From the NCBI GenBank assembly GCA_026770705.1, contig JANJGN010000034.1, positions 5,766,001 to 5,830,000 on the forward strand: a DNA stretch of 64,000 nucleotides. The letters run 5' to 3'. The stretch comes from Isurus oxyrinchus. Taxonomy: Eukaryota. This document shows, piece after piece, positions 11,701 to 24,900 of the stretch (position 1 is its first letter; the number at the start of each line of letters is the position of its first letter). The notes under the pieces were generated by a model that had not been told where the DNA came from, ran no database searches, and saw nothing but the letters and a program-made list of their open reading frames with translations. Position numbers and translations under genes: made by a program.

Positions 11701-14700
11701 GCTCACGAGCCGTACCCTCCATTCTTCCTTCTCTTTTCCCTGTGTTTTTGCATTATTTTGAGTTAGTTTCCAAAATTATAAATGCATCAAAGTGTCAAAT
11801 ATGAATCTATCGCCAGAAGCCATGATGGCTGGAAGCAAGACAATAGCTACTTAGGCTAGGATTTTAGGGATGGCTGTGCTTCCTGTCCTGTCATCTGATG
11901 AGTCGGTCGAGAACACATCCTCACCGATTCTGCCTAGCCCACGGCCATCTGCATCTCCAGCAAAAGGTCAATGGCTGCAGGCGGACTTCCACACTTCACT
12001 CAATAGGAAGTTCTTCCTCAGAGTGTTGACGGTCAAACTCATTAGACAGCAGCTTCGTAGTTCCTGCAGTGCCAGCAGCTGCGCTTTACATAAATGAGGC
12101 TACAAGCAACCCGCAGTTATAAGTCCCAGGAGTCCAGGGAAATGTAGGTTTTGGTTCATTCATTGCGAAGTGTGTAGTGGAGGCCTGAAGTGAGGCTATA
12201 AAGGATGTTGGGATATCGGCAGTCTGGGTGGGGCCATTAGCTCCCTCAGATGCCAGTCGTTTTCAGTGAGGCGCCCAATGTTACACTGCGGCTGCTGATG
12301 GAGGCCACCGCCCGCTCAAAAGCTGCCCCACCCCAGCCCCTGATTCGCACACCCCACTTCCCACCCAAGACATGAACAGGAATAAGTTTCTGCCTCCCTC
12401 TATTCTGTGGCAATAAGGGAGACATGCTTCCAAAGAGACAAACAATGCGAGCTTCCACATATTACTGAATTGAACGTCATCTCAAAAGATACTGGAGGAA
12501 GTACAGATGGGTTAGCAGTATTTACCAAGGAGCACACTGCAGTCCTCGAGCGACTAGATGATGTCCAAAGTGCTCAAGTGCCGAATTTGTTTGGTTACTG
12601 GTAAAAAATTATTTTGAAAAGATCATCTTGCTGCCTGTCTTCTATAGATCAGCAATGAGTGTGAAACTTACTTCAGACCACATGGACAAGGGAACTAGAT
12701 TACTGTGCACGGATTACACGTTAGTTACGATGGATCACCACTGATTTTGAAAGAGGCTTGATTAGTAAACGTGTGTAGTTCATAGAGGAGCATCAGTTTC
12801 TCGAGCGTGATCATTAAAATATTCTGTTTTTCCATGCTCAAGTCAAATGAAAAATGGTTCATTGCTGGATCTGTTTCTCGGGAATGAGGTGGGTTCAGTT
12901 AATCAAGTGTCATTAGGGGAACACAACACTCATAAGTATTGGGCTGGTTACCAAATAAAAACTTAAGGACAAATTCAGGAGAAATTATTACCGTGAAATG
13001 CGCCAATTTCTAAATGGTGAGAACCGATCTCAGTCAGGAAAATTGAAATCAAATGTTTGCAGTCAAAATGGAGTTTTGGCTAGTTTTTAAGGGAATATAG
13101 CTCTGCCAAGGGCAAACGGCATTCTCACATTTAACAATATATGTGAATTAAGGGCAACTCACACCTCATTTTATAATGCAATTCGTCTTTCTCCATTCTG
13201 CTTGATTTTTTTTGTTCCGTTAGATACAACTTTAATGAGGATAATAGTGCTGATGTGATGTAAATGCACTTCCAAAATGAGTTTAATAAAGCGCCACTTA
13301 ACAGCCATGTGAGAATTACAGTTAGAGTGCATGAAAGAAATGGACAGTAGCCAGCATGGATAGAAATTGGCTGAGTGAATGAAGCAGGGTATTGTGAACA
13401 GTTTATAGGCCACAACGTTAAACAATGCAGATGACACAAATAATTGACTGTTTGGAAACAGTCAGATGCATGATAATATAATAGGAGAGGGTATATGCAA
13501 GCCTGGGGAACGGGCAGAGAAGCTACAGGTGAACTTTAATGCGGAGAACTAATTCTCTTCTTTTCAGCGGAAGTAGAAGAAATAACAGCTATTTTTCTAA
13601 ACGGGGTGCAAAAGCCAAGGAGTCAATGGGCATATGCACACACAATACTGAATTTGAAAGGCATCCTGTAAAAATTGTACAGAAAGCAAACGGGATCCAA
13701 AGTTTATCAGCAATGGAAGAGGCGAGCTTTGCCGCATTAGATTAATGGACAACTGGGTTTCAAAGGTTCACATAACTTGGTTCTTCTTAGCAAGTGGTGG
13801 GCCTGCGCCGATTCTCCTATCAACATTAATACCTGGACTCGCATAACATCTGCTTATTTAACAAGAGAAGTATATTAATGCAACTTGCAAAAAAGCTGGC
13901 CAAATACCCCAGCTGGACTGTCTTTGCTTTAAGTCCCAATTGCCCTTTTGCTGAAGTACATGATCATGATTAGTAGCTTTCTCAGTAATCACTGAAAGGA
14001 GGCACAAAACCCCAACTACTTTAACTCATATCCTTGTTTCAAAATCCCTTATCTTCTCCACCCGCGCTTGCAGCGAGCCGTTCTTCATCATGCCAACTTC
14101 ACAAAAAAAGTTGCCCTCCTCCAATTCTGGTGACTGTCAACATTTGCCACTGCTTAACACCTTTTGCGTTATTTCCATCTGCTTAGTCTCTGAACGTTTT
14201 TATTTCTTCCATGAACCTCTATTCCTCCAGATTTCTCTAGTTACATTAAATCTCGCTTGAGAAAGCTATGTTTCTCCTAAAATATTAGGTCACATTTCAT
14301 ACCATTGCTTGGGGGCCTCAGTGTCAATTTGTTCTGCTGTGTTTCCTGTGCACTGGTTTGGCTGAGAATTGTATGATGTCGCAGTGAAGATTTATTCAGA
14401 TTAACTCATATGAACGCCAGTTAATCTGGCTTGAATAAAAGCAAAATAATTTATTTGCTTAAAATCTGCTGAAAAAGAACAATAATTTAGAAAGTAAAAA
14501 AGTGAGTTGTTGTTCAAACAGATCTGATTTTCTAATCGTTCCTGCATTTCCATATTGATATACCACATCTTTTTTTCCAATTTCCCAACCTCTCTGCACT
14601 ATTCCAAAGCAGACCAGGCCCATGTGCGAAATAGTTATCCCTGAAATGTTGTTGGCACTGCCTTCACCTGTTTTCTGCTAAACAATGTTAGCAAGTCTGC

Positions 14701-14947
14701 CGTTGTATGAGAAATTCACAGTCTGGTACAACTTAAAGCCTACCAAATTGCATCAATATTTGTCATAAACCCAAACCGGCGTTTATTTTCTTTGGTTTTA
14801 ACATTGGTTTACTTGTCATGCATGTTCTGTGGGAGGTGATGCACATTTTAATTTTTCGTTACTTTCTTATGTAAAGGATGAAATATTAATGCAAAATGTT
14901 GCTATATGAAATTATCGTGCTAACAACCTTCCTTTCCACAATTCCAG

Positions 14948-14983
14948 AACTCGCTGCATGCAAAAAATCTTTGCAACATTTAG
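14948..14983 (+). CDS. 36-nt phase 1-1 micro-exon, (E)LAACKKSLQHL
   Basis: Acceptor ccttcctttccacaattccag, donor gtatga; matches consensus. Confidence 0.8.
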   Translation, partial: NSLHAKNLCNI

Positions 14984-15281
14984 GTATGAAAGGGTGCTTT
15001 CTGTTTTTACAAATCTTAAATGGCTATAAATCGTGTTTTTCAGTGCTTTTGATTCACTTCGATCTAAACATCAAGTGCGTATTATGGGTGGTCCATAAAA
15101 TGAAGCATGTTTCAGTCTGATATTTGTACGGGCACATGGTTGCATGTGGCAGTATTTTGCGAATAAACCAATTCAAATGTTCAATACCACACAAAAGATT
15201 TCTTTGGAAGAAATATGCATTCTAGAACGGCGTTTTTGGCAATAATGGTTGCTTTAATCATAAGCCTTTTGTTAATTGTAG

Positions 15282-15308
15282 ATGAAAATTATGCATCAAA
15301 TGATTGCG
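15282..15308 (+). pseudogene. Degenerate 27-nt class pseudo-exon, (D)ENYASNDC, donor GT>GG
   Basis: 17/27 identity by eye to the exon at 48222; acceptor ttgtag; downstream ggaatatattttgaaactga resembles gtaatcactttgagactga after the exon at 41469. Confidence 0.45.
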
Positions 15309-15379
15309 GGAATATATTTTGAAACTGAATTTCCTGGGTCACTGTATTAAAAGTACCTGAGTCAGAACATGGCACGTCA

Positions 15380-15505
15380 TAACATTCAAAATCTGGGCCA
15401 AGTGCTGGTAAATGGGTTTGGGTATGTAGGTCAGGCGTTTATCACGTGTCGGTGCATGCTCGATGGGCCGAAAGGCCTCTTCTGCACTCTGTGATTCTGT
15501 GATTC
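15380..15505 (+). mobile_element. CR1 3' tail fragment
   Basis: gggccaagtgctggtaa...ctcgatgggccgaa...ctgtgattctgtgattc; same tail as 36335-36446. Confidence 0.7.
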
Positions 15506-15899
15506 ACAAACGCTTTAAAGTTGGAAGTAATAAGAAGGTCGAATTAGGAGCAGCTAATTCAACGCACCTGATCCCCCATAGGTACTTTTGGCCAAGAGCC
15601 CTATAAATATGAAGCAAAGAATGTTTTGCAGGGCAAAAGTGAAGGCGACCATCAGGGTATTTTATTCACGATGGGGATAATTAAAATGATCAACGTGATG
15701 ATGGTGGCAGATCTAATAATGAATAGTCATTCCTCATCTTTCTAAAGACGGTGATTAAACCGAGATGAAGTTAATTAAATTGCTGACATTGACGATGATT
15801 CTGATAGAACTAATGCTGCTGAAAATGATCGTTTTGTTGCCTATATATCTGATGATGTAAATAAAAATAATGGCCATCAATAGAACTAATCCAATGACA

Positions 15900-17100
15900 T
15901 GGGAAAAAGGATGAAGGAACATTTCAATTCTCAATGACCACACAGATTGGACCATGATTGAAGAATACAAGTCTGAAGAATTCCCAGCCATCTTTAAAGA
16001 GAATGACCAGGGGAAGGCCCATTTCCTTTTTCTTCCCGAGGAGTCCACAGTCAATGTTGTCATGCTTCAGAATTACAAACTCACTACGCGTGGTGACAAG
16101 GAGGAGCATGATAGCACTGGATGAAAAAAACGCAATTGGGCCCCCAAATGTTCCAGACTGTCTTACTGAATGTTTGTTCTCCAAACTAGATAACACGATA
16201 GCCAAAATTTTCAGGTATAGATGAAACAGTGGCATCAACCTGACAAAGCAGAAAACTGGTAAGGCATTGCTTGTCGACTGATAACATGACAGACGAAATT
16301 AAGCCAACTACCCGCAAAGTATTCTCAAGCCATCCTTATCAAAATTACGGAAAATGCCTGAGACACTGCCAGCAGGTTTAACTTACTCAGCAGCTCACTG
16401 ATGATTACTTTGGGTAACATTTGGCTGAATGGACTCAAATCAACAAACTACACGGACGAATCTTGAACAAAGGAACTGATTTTCGGAAAGAAAGGGCGAG
16501 TGAATGACTTTGACATCAAGGTGGCATCTGATAATGTGCTTAGCTAATATTGAAATCAATGGGAATCAGGCGACAATCTGCTCTACAGTTTGCACTTATG
16601 GGCAACTGAGAGCAAGCTGCTCCCGCTCTTAAATGACAACCAACTCAGGCCCCGAACATCACACAACTAAAGTTGCAATGCCATTACTCTAAGTCCAAAG
16701 ATTGTTATTCATTGCATCATTAAATTCCAGTGCAATATAAGAGCATATTTGGAAATATTTGAAAATTAGTTTCCAACCCCTGGAATATTGCATTCACTTT
16801 CATTTGTAGCTATTTGAACCACGAATGTGCTTCTCATTGCAATAAGCAGAGGTTGAATGGCATTGAACTTTGGGATACTAAGTGGAAATAAACAGTAAAA
16901 ACACCCTCCTGACTCAGTATTCTAAAAGGAAAGTATGGAGATGTCCAGTTCATATCAAATGAGTCTTAATCGCTGAATTACAAACGCTCAACATTTGACG
17001 TTATCACTGAACAGAAAATAAACCAGAGAGCAGAAACAAAACAAACATAAAATGAATCAAAAATCAGAGCAATCTACCAAGAGGACACCACAAGGCGTTA
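15900..17100 (+). mobile_element. Highly degenerate LINE RT fragment (CR1/L2 group)
   Basis: ALDEKNAIGPPNVP...SKLDNTIAKIF resembles the LINE KAxGPDxIP...ELAxPLAKLF motif; FDIKVASD resembles LDIKAAFD (about 16508). Confidence 0.55.
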
Positions 17101-20029
17101 AATCATCGTGGACATGAGGTGAAATGACATCTCTCAGAGGGTCGGTAGTCATTGTAATTAGCATTCACTGAGAGCAATTGGGGGGTGGCTCATTGATTAT
17201 ATTCAAGATTGTGTTCGACCAATTTATGTTCGATAAGGGCCACATTTGATTTACGTCATGATTTCCTGTCATGTGAGAATTGTGATTGGATAGACCAATT
17301 ATTGACCCAGAGCTCTTTCCAGATATCGGGAAGGTTGTACCACGAGGTCGTGGAATCCGGGGGAATTGTGTGCCCTGTCGCATATTTGTACTGGTTGGCT
17401 TCTTTTTGTGTTTCGAATTCACTGCAGCTTGATATAAAATCAACTGGGGTGCTCCAGAATAAGATTTTTGAAAACTTAATTCTACCGTTTATCTACATTT
17501 CTTCCTCAGGACTGCATTGGTTAGCCAATCCTGTTTAACGCATGCTGGGACTTCAACACACGCAATTTCACACAGAACAGAGATTTCTACCACCTCCATA
17601 CTGTTAATAAACGTGGATTTGTCTTAGCCAACATTCTTGCCCTAAAGCAGTTCATAGTGATTTCCAAATGAGGATGAAGATCTCAGAAAACAGTACATCT
17701 AAAATGGGGCTGTAAACAATGAACTTTAAAGAAATGTACTTTTTTCGATATCACCTTTTCTACAGGTTTGTATAAATACATGCACATCTATAATACAATG
17801 TTGAACACGTTACAACCTGGGAACTGTTTCAAGCGTTCACTTAAACAGCTATTGGAGCACCAATTCTGCACCAAGTGCAAGTTTACATTATCTTAAAACA
17901 AATACTTTCTGGAATGACCTGTTCGTCTTGCAGGTTCAAAAACAAATTAAACGTTAATGATTCATACTGCCTCATGCTACTCAATACCTGAGTGCCGCAT
18001 CATTCAAGTTAATGATGTTAGTTGAGGCTCCTTCTCCTGATAATTGTTTCATGTCCAACTTCACAGTATAGATCTTTTCCTTTTCAATGTTTCTGCTGTT
18101 CTGCATCAAGCATGGACTTCAAAACGTTTATCTGAATGAGGGTTGATATTCTGGCTTGACATTATCTTCGAGGGAAGTATAGAGCGGGCTATTAAGTTAC
18201 AGATTATGGAGGAAAACTATGTTCTGTTACCCATTTTGCACAGCAACGTAGAGGTTTATAGATGGGTGTTGCAGTTACCCAGAGTAGCATAGCGTTAGTG
18301 CCAGACAGCATAATGGAAATTGCGCTCAATTTTTAAAAAAAAGCACCTTTCTCAGCACAAGGCGTGTATTGAGGACAGCCCTTCAAATCACCTCAAGGCG
18401 TGAAACGCTTGCGACGAGTAGATTGTGAGCGCAAGTTCATATAGCATTTGCACTGGTGATTCTTGTCATCTAATCAGCCTCAGGCCCAGTCCAGGAGATG
18501 TGTCATTTAGGACTCGGTCAATTCCTCCACTACAGATGTTAGCATAAAAAATCCTGCTGATGACTCTGAAATTCCATCATCCTCTGATCGTTGTATATGT
18601 TTTACCTATCTACCACATTAGGGCAATCGGCACCACCATTGCTTTATCACGTGAGGGGAGAGAGTCGGCTGCAAACAGCAGCAGGTATCATTGCCAATGA
18701 TTCACATGATACTATGAGACGCCATTAGTTTTGCACTCAACGTTCAGAACTGCCTTCTCATTCCACGCCCCTCTGCCTCCATCGTGGGTGTCTCTATGCT
18801 GCTGCCTGGCCACAAAAATGCGCAAGCATGTATTTTGAGATGGCTGAAATTCTTTGGATATGATTATATTCTGATGTTTCTTCACGACTGTGTGGGAGAA
18901 ATCTTCGAACTTCAGCAATACTCAGTTAACTAATTTGTAGGCTGTATGGGTTTTTGGAGATTGAATCTTACTAGTCCTTAAGGTTATTGTTGAGTGATTT
19001 GTCAGTTTCTTGTTACGCATTGTAGTAATGGTATGTCGAACTGTGCATTTCATTGTGCATTTATGTGACACAAATGCTTTTCCTACAAGCGAACAATTTT
19101 GGCGAGAGCATTATCAATGTGATATGTGCAAGCAAAATGCAATTCGATTCGATGAAGGTGATATCCACACATATTTATTGTAACGGACATGATTGCAGCA
19201 GACGGACGGAAAATGTGTGCTATAGAAATAGATGCACCACTAGACAATTTGTTCAAATAAAGACAAAACGCTCGAACGCACCAGAAAATTGTGGCATTTG
19301 CCCACTTACGTGTAAAATTCGTCCCAAATGCAATTCTTTCGAATTCAGCCCAATCAGTCTATTTTAAATCACCAGCAAAGCGATGTAACGTGCCATCAAC
19401 AGTGTTACACAGCGGCACCAACACATGAATAGTTAATTTACAAGTATTCTCCTCGGCCTTGTTGGAACATAGTCCAAAACGTGAACTCCCCAGCTAAGAC
19501 AATTGTGGCTCTCCTTGAAATCAAGGCAGAATTTGACTGATCATCGCATCCAAGAGCGAGACAAGGAGATACAAACGTGAAAAGCAATAAGGGTCCCTTG
19601 AAATTTTGGAAGACTCTTCGAAAAACTTACCCTTATTCCAGAGTACCAATTACGAAAAATTGAAAATGCTGGTCTGATTTTCCTTGTGTTAAAGAACATG
19701 ATGAGAACAAGGGTATTTATGACAGTTTTGAAGGTGATTGGTTGGAGCAGGTCAATGCCGATTTTGATGTTAATGATGGCGATGGTGCAGATGGTAATAT
19801 TGATAATGACCATGAAGACAGTGTTACAAAACCTCAGTACTTCACTTGATTTAAATTCGGAGGTTGGGAACTCCATTTCCCAAAAGGCCTTAGGCCATTC
19901 ACACATTCAGCGGTGGCTAAATGGGCGAACCTGCACAGTTGTCCATTTTAATATTTTAGCCTTAAGCAGGCCATGCACGCCTTTGGATATGAAGAGAAAC
20001 AAGTAAGTGAAAAGATGCGAAACAACGGG

Positions 20030-20650
20030 TGAGCTGGTTTGAAACCGACAAACATTGAGATGAAGGTCTCCCAGAGAGGATATTGGATAGTCTTGGTTTG
20101 AGGGGTGCTGGGAGCGGGTGTGAGAGTGCGATGGGGGAGGGGAAGGTAGAGACAGAGAGACTGTCCCGAACCAGCGCAGAAAGAGGTCATAAGCGAAGTT
20201 AGCATGCAAGGACAAAGACTGGGTTCAGAACGATGCTGCAAAGAAAGGAGAAGCACAGGGAACAGGAACTGGTCCAGCTAAATAAACTAGATAAAATGGA
20301 GTAGAGAAATGGGCTTCAAGTTCCAGACAGAGATTCGAGAGGCAGACTTGAAGTGATGGGCTTTTGAAAGGAGCAGCAAGATCCGAGCAGGCCGCCGAAG
20401 ATTGGTCACTCAATAGTGTGGAATTTGGGTGTAGCAGTAATCTGCTCGGCACGGCGGAAGATCTGAGAGTCTGTTTGGAATGTGAAGCACGAATTTCCTC
20501 TAAGATGCAAGGGAAATGGAATGTCAGAAGGCGAGATTCAACCACGGGAGGAGCTGCTGAAGCTGTCCGATTGGGAAAGACGTTAAAATAATTCCAATTG
20601 AAGTTATTCAATCCGGGAAATCAGAGACCTTCTTGACAAAGACAATATTG
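20030..20650 (-). mobile_element. Degenerate Penelope-like element N-terminal fragment
   Basis: Minus-strand ILEEIRASHSKQTLRSS resembles the YLRDIKRFSDCCSGHILKST region of the element at 58.5 kb; weak similarity. Confidence 0.4.
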
Positions 20651-20879
20651 CAGTGAGACTAGTTGCCTCAGAATGCGACAAAAATCCAGGTAGCTTGTTG
20701 AGAAACCCATGGAAACGCACTTGATCACACCTGTCATTTACTGCTCAGGTGCAGACTCATGAAGGGCGTAGAGCCTTAAGCAGCTGTGAGAAGTATTTTG
20801 AAATACAACGCAATTGTTCTGAAATGGAAACGCGGGAAATCTTTTTAGATAGTTCCCTCTTGATCTCTCTCTGCTCCAG

Positions 20880-20915
20880 AACTAGCTGCATGTCAACATT
20901 CATTGAAAGAAATGG
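20880..20915 (+). pseudogene. 36-nt class exon with lost donor (GT>TT), (E)LAACQHSLKEM
   Basis: Acceptor ctctctctgctccag intact and coding consensus clear; followed by ttaaaa. A GT one base upstream would give a frameshifting 35-nt exon. Confidence 0.65.
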
Positions 20916-21934
20916 TTAAAAAAAATCATATCAATTATACATCAGGAAGGTTCACCATGCATTCCTATATGTAGACCTGAATGGGGATAATCCAAGTCAC
21001 TCTTTACGTTTAATGGCAAAGCAGGTTCTATCAACGTCGCTCCACCAACACTCTGTTTAAAATAAACTAAAGAAAAACAAGTTCCAGAAAATCAGTTTTG
21101 CTGCGATTTGAGTTGCATAGCCTTAGGATATGATTTCTAACTTTATAACATTAATTTCAAAACTCATCAGTCGCAAAATCCATTCCGCAATTCATTAATT
21201 TCCTCCAACCAGCAATCAGCGTTGGATTGGGTGCTATTATAAATCTGTCCTCCCTTCTGTCCTATATTTTAAATTATAACCATTGATGGCAGCAGTTTCA
21301 GCCACATTGTCGTATGTTTCAGCGCTTATTGTTTGCATTTCCATGTGTTCAACAAAAGTCTTCCATTTTATATTGTTCCTGAAATTCAAATATTTCATCA
21401 TTATTCTGGAGTTCTATACTCACGCAAACATGGAACGGATTTTAAATTGACCAAGTATATTTATGCCGTTCTTGGGGGGAAAAAACATATTTTCATGTAA
21501 GTTTGAATGCTGTCTACATTGCAAATTGATGAAATAATTTGCAACAATGTTGTCCTGTGCTGCGTTGTTTGGTGCTTTGTGAACATGGCTCTCGAAACAT
21601 TTTGACTTAACAATAAAGCTAATTCATAGCATGAGTTGTGAAGATAGGACTGTTATGATAACAGTTCTTCAAGCGTTTAAAGAGGTCACTGGCAAGTTAT
21701 TTCCAAATGTACAACTGTATGGTGTTGTATTATGGTACAAATATAGGACACCACGTATTCACTTGAAAACAATGCTGTGAAATGATGGAAAAGCAAATTA
21801 ATTTAGGTTTTCAAATAGATGCATCAATAAAAGTGGGAATATATGTGAATGAGGCCTTTCAAATAAAAAAAGTGTTTTTTTCAGGAGGAAAGTAACTGTA
21901 AAGTTCGTAGCAAATTTAGTGTCCCAAACACTTT

Positions 21935-24900
21935 AAGACAGAATTTTAACTTGGTCAGTCAAACAGATGCGACCGACTCGGTGCCGGCGGCGGTCAATTG
22001 CAGCTGATGAAATGGGCTGTGCCGCCGTTTTCTGCAGGCTGTCAAATTAAGGCCCACACCGCGGGTAAGCGACTCCCGTGGAGAATGGGAAAAAAGTCAC
22101 TGGGGCAGTTGGCCACAAATTGCCGGTTCCAATGGGGTACCAGCAGCCTGCATAAAGAGAAGCCAGGCAGTCTACTTGAGGCAGTGAACTATGGCCACTC
22201 GTGGTGAGAGGTCCGAGTGGACAGCAGCATGATCAGCAAGAGGAGAGGGTGGGGTGCAGACTATAGGTGAGACCATTGTGCCCCCCCGATTTTGAGATGC
22301 ATGCCTTATTGTACTCCTGCAAGATGTGGTCAACCGTGGGCACCTTCTGTATACAGAGATGTGGATGGTTGGGGCTCCCCATGTCACCAGCCAGGCGTGG
22401 GATGAGGTGGGTGACGGTGTAAGCGCCGATGATGAGGTGACGTGCACTGGCACAGAGATTAGGAAATGATTCAATGGTTTGCTTCGCTCTGGAAGGATGA
22501 GTTTCATATCTGTCTTGGCCATTTGACCCAGAATGCAGCCTTAGCCTTCGGCACCCACCAGCAACGCCCCCCTCACCCCCCTGCCCCACCATCTCTTGTA
22601 GTTTTTACTGCCTAGGGCATCAGTCGCACGCTGGGTGGGCGACTGAGTACTGGCAATGCTTACACCAGCCTTCATGGTTGTGGGGAAAGTTTCTCCGCAC
22701 AGCATATGTTGATCTTTGGGACGTTTGAATATTCTGCAGGCAACCTGCACAGGACGCCGCCCAACAAATGCTCAAAACTCCACCACATGTCATAATGATG
22801 GTATTGAGACACTGGAAGAGGTGCCTCAATGTATTTTGGACAAGTGCCATCTGTTGGCAACAGCACTGCACCTAGCTTCTCGTCCTTCCCATGGGCACCA
22901 TGAGGAATTTAAAGTGATGGACGCCGAACGTGCCCAAGGTTGCCGCTGAGCGAGGGGGTTGGGACCAGCTGTGCTATTTCTGTGGAGTGATCAACAATAG
23001 TATGGACAGGAGCCGCTGGATACCTCAGATGGATCATTGTGGTTGCTGTATGGCATCCCCGTACAGACTAAATGAGCGAGCAGTCACAATAAATCCTCTT
23101 CTCTGTTTTGCAGGCAAAACCTCACCACAATGCGAGGGAGCAGCAGAGATCTGGAGGTTGGCACGCCCTCTGGCAGCGACTCAAATGTTTTGAAGAGTAG
23201 GCTCCATGGAATTGGGCAGGAATCTGGACGCCAGGGCGGCCGGAGGCGACAAGGCTGGAGTCCGGTGTGCAGGTATCTGAGGTCCACAGCCCCATCCACA
23301 CTGTCTGCACACCATCCAACCCACTGATGGTTGCTGCAATCGTTAAAGCTGAAACAATGCTCATTCACAGTCTGAGACATTCTGACATGTGGGTCATACA
23401 GACGGGACCCTTGTCCCTTGAAGAATCGCATCTCGACCAACTTGCAAAGTCTCCTTATTCCATTTGTGAACAGTATCATCATGGGCTAAAATGTCATTGG
23501 ATTGCTGCTGCACAGTAAATGACTTATTTCATGTTAGTGGCTTTGGTACCTCCAGCACCCTTTCAGCCACTGCGCCCCACATTACAATGTCCAAAAGATC
23601 CTCAGCACATCAGCTAAGATCATTAGGTCTGTCAACTTAGATAAAGCCACCACAACACCACGACGCTACTCATCCCTATGTCAAGGGGAGATCTTGCCTT
23701 CTGTCCACCCTGTCTATGCCCCTCCTTATGGAATGAAGGCTGATAATGTGATGCCTTAGTCTCCTGTGATCGACGGCAAATGTCGCCACTATTTGCGATG
23801 ATTCCTCAGCCCCACAACTCTCCAGGCCACAACACATCTACATCAGGTACCTTTGCACTCTCCCCCTCCCTGTGGTTCAGAACATGCTTTATGGCATTCC
23901 TGAATCCATCTAAGCAGTCTTTCTGCTTGTGCGTTTAATGTTTGCAGCTTCTCTTGGCTCCTTTTCACCTCAACAATGTCCTTCAGCTTAGGGTCCTGAA
24001 GGGTGAGCGGCTTATGAGGCTGGGGGAGGGGGAAAGGGATGAAAGGTTGAAGTGACTCTACGCTACCTAATGCACTGTCTTTGTTGTTAATTTCAGAATC
24101 ACCACCAGAGCGAAACGCACTTTGACCCCGCGGACCCCACTCCACACCTGAGGGCCAACAAGTCCACCTTGTTGGACATCATTTTGGCCAGCCAGGCAAC
24201 AGCACAGGCCACAGGTCTAAAACGTCAGCTAGCGTCCAGAGTCACAGTGCAGAGGGCACATCATGATCGCTGGAGGAGATGGTCGGGGCAGAGTGTGCCG
24301 ATGGATCCATCAGCTGGAGGGCTGCATGGAACGAGGCACATGCTGATTCCAGCACTGATGACGTGCCTCTTGATTTGTGCCATTTGCAGCAGCTGCAGTA
24401 AAGGCGACAGGAAGTGCATTTGCATCTGGCAGGGATGCATGATGGAATGTTTCAGTTGCTCTCTACGACAGAGGAGTCTAGGCAGATTGCACATGAAGAA
24501 TCCGCCCTCAGGGCAGATCATCAGTGTTCCTTCAATGAGTGATTGGCGACTCTCATAGAGAGGGACCTCCAGCAAATGGATACAAATGTGATTTGTTTAT
24601 GTGCTGACCAGCAAACCCTCACAGCGCTTCTGGCCACAGGTAGTGTTTTCCACTATGGAAGATGTTGTGGAATTGAAAGCCGGCACTCAGTGTCCATGCA
24701 TCCTTGGTGAGCAGAGAGGTAGATTTTGACCTCATGTCGGTGCAGCAGCTGCCTGCCATCGCCGCAAGCTCCTCTCAGGGTGCTCCAGATGAGGCCAGAA
24801 GCTCCTCCTCTCCTCTTCAGTTCAGCGTTTCTTCTGTTGAGCCTCTGACACCTGGGGAGGTGCCAGTTCTTGAACTGGCCAATCCCTCCCAGGCAGGACA

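Noticed and set aside
19696-19713. 18-nt AG..GT segment (E)HDENK
   Set aside because: No homology to the exon classes; it sits at the edge of a GAT-rich tract.
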